Assembly: GCA_964270895.1 (NCBI GenBank)
Contig: OZ185437.1
Source: Podarcis filfolensis
Lineage: Eukaryota
Direction: 5' to 3' (one strand)
Length of the DNA: 64,000 nt
The notes under the pieces are model-generated. The model searched no databases. It was not told the DNA's origin and saw only the letters and a list, made by a program, of their open reading frames with translations. Shown piece after piece: positions 60,673 to 64,000 of this stretch; the first letter of the stretch is position 1; the number at the start of each line of letters is the position of its first letter. A program made the translations under genes and the position numbers.

Positions 60673-60808
60673 CAGGCATGGCCAAACTTGGCCCTCCAGC
60701 TGTTTTGGGACTACAACTCCCATCATCCCTATCTAACAGGACCAGTGGCCACGGATGATGGGAATTGTAGTCCCAAAACAGCTGGAGGGCCAAGTTTGGC
60801 CATGCCTG
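60673..60808. mobile_element. Palindromic hAT MITE (136 bp)
   Basis: Perfect 8-bp TSD GCTTAGAG (60665-60672 and 60809-60816); near-perfect foldback starting CAGGCATGGCCAAACTTGG. Confidence 0.92.
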
Positions 60809-63800
60809 GCTTAGAGAGTGAGGTAGCATGCAACAGGATATTAAAAATACAGTAAGAAACAGAACATCCTACCAGTTAAGTCCTTGAGTGCCACACTTGG
60901 AACCGTACACCATTGATTTGTAAAAAGGCATTGATCTCTTTCCTAATGATTTAGCATGTATTTTGTAATTTGCAATATGTATGCATTTATATGTCTTTAT
61001 TATGTATATTTCTAACAGTGATCTGTGATGCCATTAGGACAGCTAACAGATCTAAATTGCCGAGAGCATTGCAATATACAAATTATAACATCAAAAACCA
61101 TTTTAAAATAATCATAACAATACTGTAGGAAATATATAGTGTTTGGGAAAGGACTGTTATTATGATGGCTATTTTATTATTAGGCTGTCTGTCAGTATGC
61201 TTTTATTATGCTTTTATCTTTGATGTTTTGTGATTTGTTTTTAATGTTGTACACTAATGTACACTTTTTAATGTTGTACACCTGGATATCTTCTGATACA
61301 TAAAGTGTGTGTTTGTGTGTGTGTGTGTGTAATAAATACAATCATCATCATATAGTTGCCCACATTGCATTAATCCCCTACAAAGCCCTGACCAAACATA
61401 TACGTCTTCAGGTGGCTTTAAAATGTGAATGTTGGCAACAGCTGTAATGGTGCAGCCCCAAAGAAGACCCTGTATAAGTAATCTACAGGTCACATTCTGC
61501 CACAGTTGTTAGAATGATCATTAACATGCTGTGAAATCACAGCAGCTCAGCCAGTGACTGGAAAGAACATGAAGGCTGCCTCAAACAGTTGTATACAAAT
61601 AATTCTTTGCATTGTGGACTTGGAAGTCTGACTGTTATCTGAGTCGGGCTTTTTATGGTTGATACCCTTGTCATAGCTGTCAACTTTTCCCTTTTCTTGT
61701 GAGGAATCCTATTTGGAATAAGGGGATTTCCCTTTAAAAAAGGGAAACATTGACAGCTATGACCCTTGTGCATGATAAAATTGCAATCATTTCTGCATGG
61801 GGAATCCTGTAGCTAATAGGGGTAGTTTATCATCAGAATTACATTGTTTTTTAAATTGTTTTCAGCTATGTTAACTGAATAAAAGGTAGATTTCTAAATA
61901 TACCTTTAATGTATTTGACTTTGAAAATCAGAATGGGGAACACATCTTTCCCACTCAAGAGCCATTTTGAAAAACCACATACATAGTCTTCACAGGTCTA
62001 TGTCATCAAGCATATACTATTGTCTAAGAAGCCCCACTTCAAATGCCTCATTACAATCAATTCTGTATAATCCCTTCTTCCTGAAAATGGGTGTAGGGTG
62101 AAGCCAGTATTTGGACTTAAAATGTAGTTATGACCTAAACGTGTGTTTTGAACTTCATTCTGATATCTCAATGTGCACCTAAGTTATTGCATTATAAGCA
62201 AACAAGTGTTGCAACCAAATGGAATGCCAAATGAAGGAGTTAAACCAAATGCCTCACTCTGCTTGGCCAGTAATGGGAGTTGTTTTTGACAGATTGATGT
62301 AACCAAATTTTAAGACAACCCATTATTTGCAGCGTAAAAGATAGAAGGAGTATGTCCTTTTTTGTCTTTTGTAATATTTTAGCACTGAGATTACCAGACC
62401 GCTTTCTGCTCCTTCCCTTTCCTGTTTCCAGTCTCCAATGGGGCAGCCCATTTCCTCTTCATGGTCTGTATCTTCCTCCCTTCCTCTTCCTTTATCTTCT
62501 CCTTGTTCCTTCTCCTTTGCTCCTGTCCCCCTTTCCTTCTGCTTTCTACTAGGATGGAGAGCAAACACTTCCTGGAAACCCAGTATGGTCCTATTTGCTC
62601 CTGATTCCACCAGTGTAGTTGCCTTGCCAGCAGCCCAGCGTAAAGCCCTTCAGCTGACATAGCTCCAGTATAGCTTGTACCCTCAGTTGCAAATAACTGT
62701 AAATGTTAATAATTTATGGGGGCATCACCTGAATAGCAGCCAACACAGATGAGGCATATGTGTTGTAAAATGCAAGCTCAATGACCAGTTGTGTAATGTT
62801 GGTTCACTGTCAAGCTATTTTGAGATTCCTTTGTCGCCATCCTATTCATTTATGGGATAACCAACTTTTCAATTATTAAGAGTTACCAGTTAGCTCCTGT
62901 CTCAGGTATGGAGCACCTGCTTGCTTCAGCTGGCAGGATTTGTTGTTGACTGGGAGGGAGCGGGTGTTTCAGGGGAATGAATTGTGGTAACACCTGACAG
63001 AATATGTTTCTGCAGCAGAGCTCTATTAAATCAGCAAGTTCAGCATCTGGGAACCAGAGCGGGGACCTCTTCTTATCATTTTTCATCTTATCTTATCCAA
63101 AATTACACAAGATGGATTCTGTTTAATTTTGTCAGGAACAGAGAGTCTGTTTAATTTTTACCCAGAATGACTGGGCATTTCCTAAGCATATGGGACAAAT
63201 CTGTTGCTAGAAACTGAATCTGTGGAGATCTGTGGAATCTCCATTAAACTGGTACATCCTTCAATTACATCTTTCCTTTAAAATCACACTATTATGATGA
63301 TGGTTATTGTTGCTATATTTATTATTCATTTTCTGTTAAGCTAATCAGAAAGTTTGTTTGTGTGATTCCAAGTGTTTATGCATTGTGGGGGTATCAAAAT
63401 GCTACAGCCCACTCTGCTGTTTCTCTATCTCCACCAGTTTAAATGCAGATAAACTCATGAATGAAGACCGTTCAGTGAGTAAAACCATTTGCAAAGTACA
63501 AATGCTGTAAAAACAGCTAAAGCTTGGACTAGTTCCTTCACCAGTTGGATGAAGAGACAGGCAAAGCCATAATTGCGATGTTCTACTAAACCCCAGCTGT
63601 CAGTTTAAAAAGCCGTCCCACTCATCTGACACATATTTACGCAACCTGACTTTGATGCTAGAACTAAGGTGATACAGTGATTCAATTAATAACAAGTGAG
63701 AAAATCTTTTTAGTCGTGTAATTTACATTCTATCTGGGTTTCTCTCCCCGCCCCTACCACTATATTCCTTGAAGACCTTGCAACAGTTGGCTCGTGGAAA

Positions 63801-63835
63801 GCAAGAATGATCCAAATACTGTTTTATTCCAAAGT

Positions 63836-63851
63836 CACGTGTGTGTGTGTG

Positions 63852-63889
<38 letters not shown>
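63836..63889. repeat. (GT)n(GC)n(AC)n alternating purine-pyrimidine tract
   Basis: 54 nt of alternation; perfect 34-bp palindrome at 63839-63872. Confidence 0.95.
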
Positions 63890-63893
<4 letters not shown>

Positions 63894-64000
63894 CTGTGGC
63901 GGTGCCTGAGTCAACACATTCCGGCTGAATGTTCAGACAGAATCCCCCAGGAAAAGCTTCCTATTTAACTGGTTATCAGTAAGGATTTACATTCTCCCCT

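Noticed and set aside
62323-62660. Charged 89-95 aa ORFs in a pyrimidine-rich stretch
   Set aside because: No recognisable homology, splice frame or start context; composition explains the open frames.

Overview
This is vertebrate genomic DNA from a squamate reptile, probably a lacertid lizard (inferred from a Sauria SINE and squamate MITE and Penelope families). The window is dominated by SNAP91 (clathrin coat assembly protein AP180) on the minus strand. I traced a CpG-island promoter at about 57.4-58.7 kb and 22 coding exons from the ATG at 56875 down to 2111. They splice at AG/GT into one open frame of 2188 nt (729 codons + 1 nt): the ANTH domain, then the disordered DLF/DLL/DPF/FxDxF region. 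The 3' end of the gene lies beyond position 1. Two exons are 6-nt and 15-nt microexons invisible to the ORF track. Exon numbers are my own, counting an unresolved non-coding exon 1. The introns contain Tc1/mariner and hAT MITEs, SINEs, CR1 and L2 fragments, and Penelope remnants with hammerhead-like motifs. A 1.69-kb L1-like element with no long ORF has its target duplication starting 7 nt into intron 9. Several intronic segments have splice sites that would make poison exons; these are unverified hypotheses. Family names and comparisons to mammalian AP180 come from recall, not from a database search.
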